Origin: an uncultured delta proteobacterium
Lineage (GTDB): Bacteria > Desulfobacterota > Binatia > Binatales > Binataceae
Assembly (NCBI GenBank): GCA_963808235.1
Contig: CAWEEQ010000004.1
Span: forward strand, 896,001-960,000
Direction of reading: 5' to 3'
Length of the DNA stretch: 64,000 nt
The first letter of the stretch is position 1; each line of letters begins with the position of its first letter. This document shows, in pieces, positions 9,841 to 19,782 of the stretch. Made by a program: the position numbers and the translations under genes. Under the pieces are notes generated by a model. It saw only the letters and a program-made list of their open reading frames with translations. It ran no database searches and was not told the origin of the DNA.

Positions 9841-11033
9841 AGTTCGGACCCTGAAGCCGGTTCGGCGCAATCGCATCGATCGGCGGCATTGATGATGTTT
9901 GCAGCGATCGCCGACGCCGGCGTCGTGTCATCGAAAAGCACGGCGCGAATCGTACGCCGCCACTGATCGCTTAGCTCGGCATAGCAATCGACCGTCGGAC
10001 GCGCCCGCACGAACGGACGCATCGCTACATAGCCGGCGTATAGCTGCGCGTCTTCGCTTCCGGGCGGCGGCGGCACGCTGCCGTACCACCCGAGCTCGCG
10101 GCTCAATTTCGCTTGTACGTCAGCGGTCAGCAGGTACTGAACGAATTCCGCAGCGAGCTTCGGATGTGGTGCGGAATTTGGAATCGCCAGATAACCACCG
10201 CCGAGTGGAGTTGCTCTGCCACCGGGCCCGGCTGGAATGAGCGAACTAAGATTCACGTTGGGCGCCAGCCCCTTCGCGTGGAGATAACCGATCGCAAACG
10301 GCCAATTGAAGTGAATCCAGACCGATCCGCGAGCCTGCGCCTCGAGTACCGACATCTCGCGGAAGACCGCCGACTCGTCGTTCAAGTCGGGCGCAAGTTG
10401 CCGGAGGAAGTCCAGCGCTTGCAGCGAGCCCGGCGAGTCCGGCGCACATTCGTTACCGCCGGCGGTCCAGACGAAGGGCATCACGTCGCAGATCGCGCCC
10501 TCGTAGCGAGCGCCTTTCAGCGCAAGCCTGCCGGGATGCTCGCGCGCGAAACGCGCCAGGTCATTCCAGGTCGCGGGTGGGTTTGGGACCTCGACGCGAT
10601 TATAAATCATCGCCTGCCACATCAGGCGGTGCGGAATAAAGTAGAGATTCCGATCGACGGTCGCCGCATTCCAGGCTTCGTTTGAAAATAACGCTCGCGC
10701 GGAGGGTGACACTACCGCGTCGAGAGGTTGTGCGTATCCGTGCGCCTCGCCAAGCATCGCAAGATCCAGTTCAACCAGATCGAGCGATCCGTGACTCGCT
10801 GCCTGCACCCGCATCGCTTGCAGTATGTCGGTGTAGGTCTGCGCGAGGATGTTGACATTTACGTGATGCTGCGATTCGAAATCGGCAACGAACGCTTCAT
10901 AGCGCGCGGCCTCATCTGGAAAGACGGCCAGCGCGATATTGAGTTGGTCTGATGCCGCAGGCGTATGGCAACCGGCAAATAGGATCGCCAGCAGCAGGGC
11001 GAGAGATTGTGTCGATATCCGCCGTAGATGCAT
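9837..11033 (-). CDS. sugar ABC transporter substrate-binding lipoprotein
   Basis: Lipobox LFAGC, YNR..PPATWNDL, TPLGGGYLAI, family-1 SBP size, adjacent permeases. Confidence 0.88.
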   Translation of the reverse strand: MHLRRISTQSLALLLAILFAGCHTPAASDQLNIALAVFPDEAARYEAFVADFESQHHVNVNILAQTYTDILQAMRVQAASHGSLDLVELDLAMLGEAHGYAQPLDAVVSPSARALFSNEAWNAATVDRNLYFIPHRLMWQAMIYNRVEVPNPPATWNDLARFAREHPGRLALKGARYEGAICDVMPFVWTAGGNECAPDSPGSLQALDFLRQLAPDLNDESAVFREMSVLEAQARGSVWIHFNWPFAIGYLHAKGLAPNVNLSSLIPAGPGGRATPLGGGYLAIPNSAPHPKLAAEFVQYLLTADVQAKLSRELGWYGSVPPPPGSEDAQLYAGYVAMRPFVRARPTVDCYAELSDQWRRTIRAVLFDDTTPASAIAANIINAADRCDCAEPASGSEL

Positions 11034-11055
11034 TGGCTCGCGCCAGTCCGATCGT

Positions 11056-12852
11056 TTACCGGCCAGAGCGATGAGCAGCAGGACCCTCAGCCTGCATCAG
11101 GTTGTGGGCCGTGTTGACGAGCGAGACGTGAGTAAAGGCTTGCGGAAAGTTTCCGAGCTGCCGCTTAAGAACGGGATCGTATTCCTCAGACAGCAGGCCA
11201 ACGTCATTGCGCAGCTCGAGCAGGCGCCCGAACAGATCGCGCGCCTCCTGATGACGGCCGGCGAGCGCAAAGTTATCGGCAAGCCAGAACGTGCACGGCA
11301 AGAACGCCCCTTCACCCGGCGGAAGGCCATCGACGCCCGTCTCGGTCGGGTATCTAAGCACCAGGCCACGATAGATCAGTTCGCGCTCGATTGCGCTGAC
11401 GGTTGAGATAACACGCGGATCCTTGGCGGGCAGAAAGCCGACCAGCGGAATCATCAGCAATGATGCGTCGAGAGACTTCGAACCGTAGTACTGGACGAAG
11501 GCGTTGCGCTCCGCATCGAAGCCACGGGTGCAAACGTCACGATGAATCTCGTCGCGGAGCGCAAGCCAACGGTCGAGAGGCCCGTCGCCAAAACCTTTAC
11601 GAATTTCCTTTATCGATCGATCGACCGCCACCCATGCCATCACTTTGGAGTGCGTGAAATGCCGGCGCGGCCCGCGCACCTCCCAGATTCCCTCGTCGGC
11701 TTCCTTCCAGCCCGATTCCAGGAAATCCATCAGCGCGGTCTGAAGCCGCCAGGCGTCCTCGTTGTGTTCAAGCTTGTACTTGCGCGCGACGTGCAGCGTA
11801 TCGATTACCTCGCCGTAAACGTCGAGCTGAAATTGTTCATGTGCCGCGTTACCAACGCGCACTGGAGCGCTCTTCTCGTAGCCAGTCAGCCACGGAAGCT
11901 CCAACTCAGTGAGCATTCGTTCGCCGGCGACTCCGTACATGATTTGAGTATCTTGCGGATGACCGGCTATCGCTCTGAGTAGCCATTCGCGCCACGCGCG
12001 CGCTTCATCTGTATAGCCAGAAATCAATAGTGCATACAGGGTAAAGGTCGAATCTCGAAGCCAGCAAAATCGATAGTCCCAATTGCGTGGACCGCCAAGA
12101 CTCTCGGGAAGGGAGGTGGTCGGCGCCGCAATGATGCCTCCGGTGGGTCTATAGCTTAGGGCCTTCAGGGTAATTAGAGATCGCACCACGGCGTCGCGCC
12201 ATTCGCCTTCGCAACTGCAACGGCCCGCCCAATCGCGCCACCGTTGTTCGGCCTCGGTGAGCATGCGGAGCGGATCTGCGTCGCCGGGTTCGTCTTCGTG
12301 CGAAGGATACCCGGTCAGCCTGAAGGTCACGGCTTGACCTTCACTGACTGTGAATTCGCCGACGGTAGTATAATCCTGGCTGACCAATGGAACCGCCGTT
12401 CGAAGCGCGAGCGCACTCGGCCCCGAGACCGCGCTGATTCCGTACTCTCGTTTTCGAACCCACGGCAGCGTCCGTCCGTAGTCGAAACGGAAAATTACTT
12501 CCGTTCGCATCGGTACCTGCCCGCGGACGCCGTTCACGATTCGAATCACATCGACCCGTTCGGGTCGCTCGGCCACTGGCATGAAGTCCACGACCGTCGC
12601 GACGCCGCTTTCAGTCTCGAACTCGGTTTCCAGTAGCAGCGTATGATCGCGATACCTTCGTCGGACTTGCTTAACGTCGCCCTGCGGCGCCAGGAGCCAG
12701 CGTCCGTTTTCGTTATTCCCGAGAAGCGATGCGAAGCACGCAGCCGAATCAAACCGGGGCATGCATAACCAGTCGATTGAGCCCGTCCGATCGACGAGCG
12801 CCGCCGTGCGAAGGTTTCCAATCAGAGCGTAGTCTTCGATCGGGCTGCTCAT
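11056..12852 (-). CDS. glycoside hydrolase family 15 (trehalase/glucoamylase-like)
   Basis: IEDYALIGN start, AAPTTSLPE, RNWDYRFCWLRD, QLDVYGE, DEGIWEVRG, LLSEEYD, GNFPQAFTH; real start ATG 12852 (ATGA overlap with treZ). Confidence 0.94.
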   Translation of the reverse strand: MSSPIEDYALIGNLRTAALVDRTGSIDWLCMPRFDSAACFASLLGNNENGRWLLAPQGDVKQVRRRYRDHTLLLETEFETESGVATVVDFMPVAERPERVDVIRIVNGVRGQVPMRTEVIFRFDYGRTLPWVRKREYGISAVSGPSALALRTAVPLVSQDYTTVGEFTVSEGQAVTFRLTGYPSHEDEPGDADPLRMLTEAEQRWRDWAGRCSCEGEWRDAVVRSLITLKALSYRPTGGIIAAPTTSLPESLGGPRNWDYRFCWLRDSTFTLYALLISGYTDEARAWREWLLRAIAGHPQDTQIMYGVAGERMLTELELPWLTGYEKSAPVRVGNAAHEQFQLDVYGEVIDTLHVARKYKLEHNEDAWRLQTALMDFLESGWKEADEGIWEVRGPRRHFTHSKVMAWVAVDRSIKEIRKGFGDGPLDRWLALRDEIHRDVCTRGFDAERNAFVQYYGSKSLDASLLMIPLVGFLPAKDPRVISTVSAIERELIYRGLVLRYPTETGVDGLPPGEGAFLPCTFWLADNFALAGRHQEARDLFGRLLELRNDVGLLSEEYDPVLKRQLGNFPQAFTHVSLVNTAHNLMQAEGPAAHRSGR

Positions 12853-14615
12853 TGGAATGCCCCGCTTGATAGATCGCGATCCTTCGGCATCAGGATCGCG
12901 ACGCAGACAGGCGGCAGATCGATCGCGTCGTCGTCGATGCGGATCTCGGGATGGGAGGCGAGCGCAATGGCCAGTCGATTCGCGCGTCCGAGCGGTACGC
13001 GCTGTGCGATTGGCGCGAAGTTGCAAATCACTACGGAATCTCCGCGGTTGACGCGGATCCAGCGAGCGTCTTCGTTGAAACTTACCGCGTCGAGATCGAG
13101 CCGGCCGTTCTCGAAATCTCGCCCACATCGACGAAGCCGGATGAGTCGCCGATACCATTCGAAGATCTCGCGATGCGCTCCGCGCTCGCGTTCATCCCAA
13201 TCGAGCCTCGATCGCTCGAACGTCTGCGGAGCTTGAGGATCGGGAACTTTCGAAGTATCGGCGACGAAATGCGCGAATTCCGCGCGTCTGCCCTTTCGGA
13301 CGGAGTCCGCAAGCTGCGGATCCTGATGATCGGTGAAGTACTGGAACGGACTGGTCGCGTTCCACTCCTCGCCCTGAAACAACATCGGAACAAACGGCGC
13401 GGTCATCAGGAGTGCCGCCGCGATCTTGAGTTGATCGATCGTCACCAGATGCCCGAGCCGCTCACCCATCGCGCGATTGCCAACCTGATCGTGATTCTGG
13501 ATGAACGCGACAAATCGATGCGCTGAGAGTCCGGTCACCGGGGCGCCGTGCTTTCGACGGCGGCTCTTCGAGTAGGTGCCGTCATAGGCAAACGCGCGGG
13601 TGAGGGTTTTCCCGAGCTGCGCAATCGAACCAAAATCCGCCAGGTAGCCGGCGTTCTCGCCGGTCAGGATCGTATGCAGCGCGTGATGAAAGTCGTCGTT
13701 CCATTGCGCGTCGAGGCCGTAGCCACCTGCTTCTCGCGGTGTGACGATTCGCGGCAGGTTGAGATCGCTTTCCGCGATCACCACGAGATTGCGTCCGACC
13801 TGCGCTTCGAGCGCACGAACTTGCGCGCCAAGCTGTTCCAAAAAGTGAATCGCCGACAAATCGAAAATCGCGTGGACCGCATCGAGGCGCAGGCCGTCGA
13901 GGCGATAGTCGCGCAGCCACATCAACGCATTGTCGCAAAAAAATTGCCGGACCTGGTCGCTGTCGCGATCGTCGAGGTTGACGGCGGTGCCCCACGGGGT
14001 TCGATAGCGATCGGTAAAGTACGGACCAAATTTGCCAAGATAATTTCCCTCGGGCCCCAGGTGATTGTAGACGACGTCGAGAATCACGCCGAGCCCATGC
14101 CCATGCGCCGCATCGACGAAGCGTTTCAATCCGTCGGCGCCGCCGTACGAATGATGCGGCGCGTAAAGATAGACGCCGTCGTAACCCCATCCGCGCGAGC
14201 CTGAGAATTCACTCACCGGCATCAACTCGACGTGAGTGATGCCCAAATCCCGCAAGTAGTCCAGGCGCTCGGCGGCCGCATCAAACGTGCCCGCAGGCGT
14301 GAACGTTCCGATGTGTAATTCGTAGATGACCGCGGAAGATAATGGCGCTTGATGCCATCGTGCGTGACGCCATGCGAACGCAGAGTGATCGACGGGGCGC
14401 GACGCTCCGTGCACGCCATGCGGCTGGGATGGTGAGCGGGGATCCGGCAACGGCGGGCCTCCGTCGACGCTGAAGCAGTAGTCGGCGCGCGATAATTCGG
14501 GCCTCAACTCGGCGCGCCACCATCCGCGCTCGATTCGAACCATCTCGACGCGCTCATTTGCCGCTACTATCTCGACTCTCCCTGCCGACGGCGCCCACAC
14601 CATACGGCGATTCAC
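12849..14615 (-). CDS. treZ: malto-oligosyltrehalose trehalohydrolase
   Basis: VWAP, YELHIGTF, WGYDG, DVVYNHLGPEGNY, LRLDAVHAI, QNHDQVGNRA, LFQGEEW; GTG start overlaps the treY stop. Confidence 0.94.
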   Translation of the reverse strand: MNRRMVWAPSAGRVEIVAANERVEMVRIERGWWRAELRPELSRADYCFSVDGGPPLPDPRSPSQPHGVHGASRPVDHSAFAWRHARWHQAPLSSAVIYELHIGTFTPAGTFDAAAERLDYLRDLGITHVELMPVSEFSGSRGWGYDGVYLYAPHHSYGGADGLKRFVDAAHGHGLGVILDVVYNHLGPEGNYLGKFGPYFTDRYRTPWGTAVNLDDRDSDQVRQFFCDNALMWLRDYRLDGLRLDAVHAIFDLSAIHFLEQLGAQVRALEAQVGRNLVVIAESDLNLPRIVTPREAGGYGLDAQWNDDFHHALHTILTGENAGYLADFGSIAQLGKTLTRAFAYDGTYSKSRRRKHGAPVTGLSAHRFVAFIQNHDQVGNRAMGERLGHLVTIDQLKIAAALLMTAPFVPMLFQGEEWNATSPFQYFTDHQDPQLADSVRKGRRAEFAHFVADTSKVPDPQAPQTFERSRLDWDERERGAHREIFEWYRRLIRLRRCGRDFENGRLDLDAVSFNEDARWIRVNRGDSVVICNFAPIAQRVPLGRANRLAIALASHPEIRIDDDAIDLPPVCVAILMPKDRDLSSGAFQ

Positions 14616-17266
14616 GGCGACATCCTCTCGCGCGCCAGCAATGCGACCGGAAATCGGCGCAGCAGGTCGGCGAGCCGCGACCGGCCACCGCGCAGTGCCT
14701 CGCCGGTCAGATGGTTCGTCCAGTCGCCAGTCGGCAGCTCGACTTCCGTGTCGCGCCAGTCGCCGCCGAGCTTCGCCACCAGTCGCGGCACGATCGTAAC
14801 TACCGAGTCCGCCCGCATGAATGCGACAACATGATCGCGACGGGTGCCGCGCACCTCGATCGGTTCGATGCCCGCCTGCGGGCCGAACCATTCCGGATGA
14901 CGCTTGCGGATTGCGAGTCCATTGCGGACGAGCCACAGCTTGGGCAGGCCGTCATCAATGCGCTCCATCACCTGTTCAGGGGTAGCATTCTTGAGCTCGG
15001 CGAGCAGGCGACGGGGCAGCTCGAAATCGGGCAGCCGGCGATTGTCGGGATCGACCAGCGCGAGGTTCCACAGCTCCGTGCCCTGGTAGAAATCGGGCAC
15101 GCCCGGTGCGGTGAGCTTTACCAGCGTCTGCGCCAGTGAATTTATCCGCCCCGGGTAAATCAGCGACCCGACAAATTGATTCAGCGCCTCGATGAAGTTC
15201 GAATCGTCGTAGATGCCCTCGATGAACTTCCGCACCGCGTCCTCATACGCCGGCACCGGGTCAGTCCACGAAGTATGGACCTTGGCTTCGCGCGCCGCCT
15301 TTTCGGCATAAGCGAGCAGCCGCGATTTTTCGATCGGCCATGCGCCGACAATCGATTGGTAGAGATGATATTCGAAATTTCGATCCGGCAGCTCGCCGCT
15401 GCGATGACGCTCGTTCTGCGCAGCCCATTGCGTTACCGCCCCGCGCCATCGCTCGGGCTCCTCTGAAAGAAGAAAGAGCCGTGCCCGCACATCTTCGCTG
15501 CGCTTGGCATCGTGCGTCAACGTCGCCAGCATCGTGCGCGGCCATTGACGATGCATTTTGCGGCACCAGGCGAGGAATTGGGCGGGGGTGACGCCAAAGC
15601 AGTCCGGATCGCCGCCGACTTCGTTGAGCGCGAGCATCCGGTTGAAGGAATAAAAAGCGGTGTCCTCGACGCCTTTCGCCATCACGGCAGCTGAAATCTG
15701 TTGAAATCGCAGGGCCAGCTCGGCGCCCATCTTGCCGCCGGTCTTGAGGGCCAGAATATCGCGCAGAAAATCGAACAGTCGCGCGTCAAGATCGGATCGA
15801 TATCCTTTGGCACCCTCAATCGCCGCTGAGATCTGGCAGTCGTCTTCAGGCGCAACTTCGTGCGGCTCGTGAACGTAGGTGCGGTAGACCGGCAGGCACG
15901 CCATCGCCGCCCGGACAACCTCGTGTGCTTCGTGGCGTGTGTAGTCGCGATGAAGGCGATCGGCTTCGCAAAGGTCCAGGAGCATTTGGGTCAGAGTGTT
16001 GATCTCGCTGCCCAGCGTATCGCGCATCGCGAATTGCTTGCGGGCGCGAAACAGCGCGACATAGTCGGCCGACTCGCCGGTGAACTCGCGATAAAAATCG
16101 GTCAAAGGCTGCGCGCCATCGGGATCGACAAACAATCGCCCCACGATGTTCATAAAGTCGTAGCCGGTGGTCCCCTCGATCGGCCACGATTCGCGAAGCC
16201 TCTCAGAGCCAAGAAGAATCTTCTCGGCCACGATCCAGGTATCCGGGCAGGCCGAGCGCAAGCGCTCAAAGTATTCCAGGGGGTCGCGCAATCCGTCTGG
16301 ATGATCGACCCTGAGTCCCGTCAGGCGTCCCCCGGCCACCAACTTCCTCACCAGCTGGTGGGTCGCTTCGAATACCGGTTGGTGCTCCATCCTTAGACCG
16401 ACCAGAGAATTGATATCGAAAAAGCGACGGTAGCCGAGATCCCGCGCCGCCATCCGCCAATACGCGATGCGATAGTTTTGTTGCTCCAGTAATTCGTGAA
16501 GAAGGTCAGGGTCGGCGTTCAGTTGCATCACAACTTCGTCGACGGCTCTCGCTACCGCCGGGTCCTCGCGCAACAGCTTTGCCAGCATTTCAGCCAGCAA
16601 CAGCATGTCGCGATGCCGCCGCGATTTGCTCTTGAGGTCGGTCGCATCCGGTGACGGCAGTGCGTCGAACCCGTCTGCGAGAAAGGCGAGCGCGGCGCTT
16701 CCGCACTTCACCGCCGCCGGCGCGAGAATCTGCCACAGCGACCGCGGCGCGACCGGGAACACTCCACCGCCGTTGCGCACCTCGAACTTGCCTGCGTCGC
16801 GAACCACCCTCAGTTTTCCAGCCTCGAGCAGGATGCCGTACTGATCTTCGAGCACCGGCATCAGAACCACGTTGTGGATGCGGCGTTCCGGCGGTTCCCA
16901 ATCGACGTCGAAGAACGTCGCGTACGCACTCGACGGCCCATTCTCAAGCACGTCCCACCACCACGGATTCTCGCGGTGGATCGCCATGTGGTTGGGCACG
17001 ATGTCGAGCATTTGACCCAACCCGGACCGATCGAGCGCATCGCACATTCGAAGGTATGCGCTCTCGCCGCCCAGCTCGCGGCTCAGCTTCGAGTGATCGA
17101 CTACATCGTAGCCATGCGCACTGCCCGGCGCGGCCTGGAAATATGGCGAGCAATACAGAGAGTCGATACCCAGTTCTTCCAGGTACGGGATGATCTCTGC
17201 CGCATCGTCGAAGCCGAAGTGGCTATTCAACTGGATGCGGTAAGTAGATAGCGGTTCATGCAACAC
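14612..17266 (-). CDS. treY: malto-oligosyltrehalose synthase
   Basis: STYRIQL, HGYDVVD, DIVPNHM, YRRFFDI, LRVDHPDGL, AKGVEDTAFY, THDAKRSEDVRAR, PGVPDFYQG, LVDPDNRR. Confidence 0.95.
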   Translation of the reverse strand: MLHEPLSTYRIQLNSHFGFDDAAEIIPYLEELGIDSLYCSPYFQAAPGSAHGYDVVDHSKLSRELGGESAYLRMCDALDRSGLGQMLDIVPNHMAIHRENPWWWDVLENGPSSAYATFFDVDWEPPERRIHNVVLMPVLEDQYGILLEAGKLRVVRDAGKFEVRNGGGVFPVAPRSLWQILAPAAVKCGSAALAFLADGFDALPSPDATDLKSKSRRHRDMLLLAEMLAKLLREDPAVARAVDEVVMQLNADPDLLHELLEQQNYRIAYWRMAARDLGYRRFFDINSLVGLRMEHQPVFEATHQLVRKLVAGGRLTGLRVDHPDGLRDPLEYFERLRSACPDTWIVAEKILLGSERLRESWPIEGTTGYDFMNIVGRLFVDPDGAQPLTDFYREFTGESADYVALFRARKQFAMRDTLGSEINTLTQMLLDLCEADRLHRDYTRHEAHEVVRAAMACLPVYRTYVHEPHEVAPEDDCQISAAIEGAKGYRSDLDARLFDFLRDILALKTGGKMGAELALRFQQISAAVMAKGVEDTAFYSFNRMLALNEVGGDPDCFGVTPAQFLAWCRKMHRQWPRTMLATLTHDAKRSEDVRARLFLLSEEPERWRGAVTQWAAQNERHRSGELPDRNFEYHLYQSIVGAWPIEKSRLLAYAEKAAREAKVHTSWTDPVPAYEDAVRKFIEGIYDDSNFIEALNQFVGSLIYPGRINSLAQTLVKLTAPGVPDFYQGTELWNLALVDPDNRRLPDFELPRRLLAELKNATPEQVMERIDDGLPKLWLVRNGLAIRKRHPEWFGPQAGIEPIEVRGTRRDHVVAFMRADSVVTIVPRLVAKLGGDWRDTEVELPTGDWTNHLTGEALRGGRSRLADLLRRFPVALLARERMSP

Positions 17267-19412
17267 GGCGCATCACGACCAGGGATCGGGCCTCGATGTT
17301 GAGCTTGGTTCCGGCGGCTCGCGGCCAATCGTCCTCGGCCGGCGCCGCGCCGTTTCTGGTATCCAGCACTCGGCTCCAACTCTGTCCCCATCTTTCGGGT
17401 GGCATTGCAAATTCCACAGGTTCCCAATGAGCATTGAAGATCAAGTAGAAGGATTCGTCGAGGACTCGGCGGCCGGCCGCGTCAACGCCGGAAATCTCGT
17501 CGCCATTGAGGAACACTCCCAGCGATTTCGCGAAGCCGGCGCCCCAGTCCTCATCGGACATTTGTTCTCCATCGGGCCGAAACCATGCAAGGTCATGTAC
17601 GTCGCTGCCGCGAATCGCTCGCCCCTGGAACCACTTTCGCCGCCTGAACACCGGATGCTGTTTTCGAAACTCGATGATATCGCGGGTGAACGCAAGCTGC
17701 TTCGAGTCTGTATTTTGCCAATCCAGCCAGGAAATCTCGTTATCCTGGCAGTAGGCGTTGTTGTTGCCCTGTTGTGACCGGCCGAATTCGTCGCCGGCGA
17801 GCAGCATCGGAACGCCCAGCGACAGGAAGAGTGTCGCGATGAAATTGCGTTTCTGACGGGCCCGCAACACGTTTACTTTGGGGTTCTCGGTAGGGCCTTC
17901 AGCATCGCAGTTCCACGATCGATTGTTGGGTTCGCCGTCGCGATTATCTTCCCCATTTTTTTCGTTGTGTCGATCGTTGTAACTGACCAGGTCAGTGAGG
18001 GTGAATCCGTCATGGGCGGTTAGAAAATTGATGCTGGCGTAGGGCTTGCGACCACCCGATTCGTACAAGTCCGAGCTGCCGGTCAGCCGCGACGCAAACT
18101 CCGCGAGACTTTGGTCCGAGCCGCGCCAATAGTCTCTTACACAATCGCGATATCGGCCGTTCCATTCAGACCACAGCACCGGAAAATTACCGACCTGGTA
18201 ACCGCCTTCGCCCAAATCCCACGGCTCCGCGATTAATTTCACCTGTGACAGGATCGGATCCTGATGAATGATGTCGAAAAACGCGCCCAGACGATCGACT
18301 TCGTGGAGTTCTCTCGCCAGCGCCGCCGCCAGATCGAATCGGAATCCGTCGACGTGCATCTCTGTTACCCAGTAACGCAAACTGTCCATCAGCAATTGAA
18401 GCGTGCGCGGATGCCTCATGTTCAACGTGTTGCCGCATCCGGTGTAATCCATGTAGTAGCGCGGCTGTCCTTCGACGACGCGATAGTAGGCAGTGTTGTC
18501 GATACCTCTGAAGCAAACTGTCGGGCCGTGCTGGTTGCCCTCCGCGGTGTGGTTGTAAACGACGTCCAGGATAACCTCGAGGCCGGCGGTGTGCAGGGTC
18601 CGAACCATATTCTTGAATTCCGCCACCTGATCGCCGGTCGAACCCGCTGCGGAGAAGCGCGCATCAGGTGCGAAGAATCCGATCGAATTGTATCCCCAGT
18701 AATTGGTGAGGCCGCGAGCAAGGAGATGCCGATCCGCCACCGAGTGATGTATCGGCATCAGCTCGACGGCGGTGATTCCCAGCTTGGTCAAATAGTCAAC
18801 GGCGGCTGGATGCGCGAGCCCCGCGTAGGTGCCGCGCAGATCCTCCGGTATTTCCGGATGCATCATCGTGAAGCCTTTGACGTGCAGTTCGTAAACGATC
18901 GTCTCGTGCCAGGGCACGTGCAGGAGGGCATCGTTATGCCAGTCAAAGTACGGATCGACCACTACGCTCTTGGGCACGAACGGAGCACTGTCGCGATCGT
19001 CACGGCTCAAGTCTTCGTCGGGATGACCGATCGCATAGCCAAACAACGCGTCATCCCAGCGAAGGAATCCGTCGATAGACTTTGCGTACGGGTCCACCAG
19101 CAGCTTGGCCGGATTGAAACGATGCCCATTGTTCGGGTCGTAGGGGCCGTGGACTCGATAACCGTATCGCAGTCCCGGCTTGGCGCCTTGCAAATAAATA
19201 TGCCAGACGCGATCGGTCTGTTCGGTGATGGCTATTCGGTTGGTTTCGAGATTTTCGTCGCGGTCATCGTACAGACAAAGTTCCACCCCGGTCGCATTTT
19301 CGCTGAACAGGGAAAAGTTAACTCCTGCGCCATCCCAGTTCGCACCCTGCGGATAGGGATTGCCGGGCATCGTTCTCATTGTGCCGTTCATAGGACCAAC
19401 TGTTTTGCTCAA
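17256..19412 (-). CDS. glgX: glycogen debranching enzyme (isoamylase)
   Basis: PYPQGA, KLLVDPYAK, YELHVKGF, NYWGYN, DVVYNHTAEG, GFRFDLA, LIAEPWD, TAHDGFTL, GNNNAYCQDN; exact start uncertain. Confidence 0.95.
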   Translation of the reverse strand: MSKTVGPMNGTMRTMPGNPYPQGANWDGAGVNFSLFSENATGVELCLYDDRDENLETNRIAITEQTDRVWHIYLQGAKPGLRYGYRVHGPYDPNNGHRFNPAKLLVDPYAKSIDGFLRWDDALFGYAIGHPDEDLSRDDRDSAPFVPKSVVVDPYFDWHNDALLHVPWHETIVYELHVKGFTMMHPEIPEDLRGTYAGLAHPAAVDYLTKLGITAVELMPIHHSVADRHLLARGLTNYWGYNSIGFFAPDARFSAAGSTGDQVAEFKNMVRTLHTAGLEVILDVVYNHTAEGNQHGPTVCFRGIDNTAYYRVVEGQPRYYMDYTGCGNTLNMRHPRTLQLLMDSLRYWVTEMHVDGFRFDLAAALARELHEVDRLGAFFDIIHQDPILSQVKLIAEPWDLGEGGYQVGNFPVLWSEWNGRYRDCVRDYWRGSDQSLAEFASRLTGSSDLYESGGRKPYASINFLTAHDGFTLTDLVSYNDRHNEKNGEDNRDGEPNNRSWNCDAEGPTENPKVNVLRARQKRNFIATLFLSLGVPMLLAGDEFGRSQQGNNNAYCQDNEISWLDWQNTDSKQLAFTRDIIEFRKQHPVFRRRKWFQGRAIRGSDVHDLAWFRPDGEQMSDEDWGAGFAKSLGVFLNGDEISGVDAAGRRVLDESFYLIFNAHWEPVEFAMPPERWGQSWSRVLDTRNGAAPAEDDWPRAAGTKLNIEARSLVVMRRVA

Positions 19413-19460
19413 TGCGCAACTACTTCTCCGTCGCGCGAGAAAAGGGCGTCCAATCCAGCG

Positions 19461-19476
19461 AGCAAGAGCAGGGCCA
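19461..19476 (-). promoter_or_regulatory. putative sigma54 promoter for the glgX-treY-treZ operon
   Basis: Reverse strand reads TGGCCCTGCTCTTGCT (GG-N10-GC), about 50 bp upstream of glgX. Confidence 0.6.
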
Positions 19477-19660
19477 GCATCTAGCGCTAGATCCAGTTGT
19501 TTTTCGTAAGCTTTTGCTTACTCTTTTTCGTGGATCGTGAATAAATTACTCACCGAGCCCGATGCGAACAGACATCGGCGATTTAGCTATGCGCGATGGG
19601 TAAAAACTACAGAATTCACTGACCGCGCCCGATTCTGATTAGCGGTCACTGGATTAATCA

Positions 19661-19676
19661 CGGCACATCCATTGCT
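19661..19676 (+). promoter_or_regulatory. putative sigma54 promoter for the nucleotidyltransferase-GT4-GDE unit
   Basis: CGGCACATCCATTGCT closely matches YTGGCAC-N5-TTGC. Confidence 0.65.
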
Positions 19677-19782
19677 TCGATCTGAACCTTCGAAGCAGAA
19701 GCTTTTCGTTCAAAGCAAAGCCTTTTCGAGCAGAGGCTTTCGACTGAACGCATTAAAGCGTCGACGGGAGAGAGACAGCGAA

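Noticed and set aside
12853-13158. N-terminal extensions in the ORF track (GH15, treZ, gad, CBS, GFA, ABC genes)
   Set aside because: They overlap neighbouring genes; downstream starts fit family N-termini and stop/start coupling.
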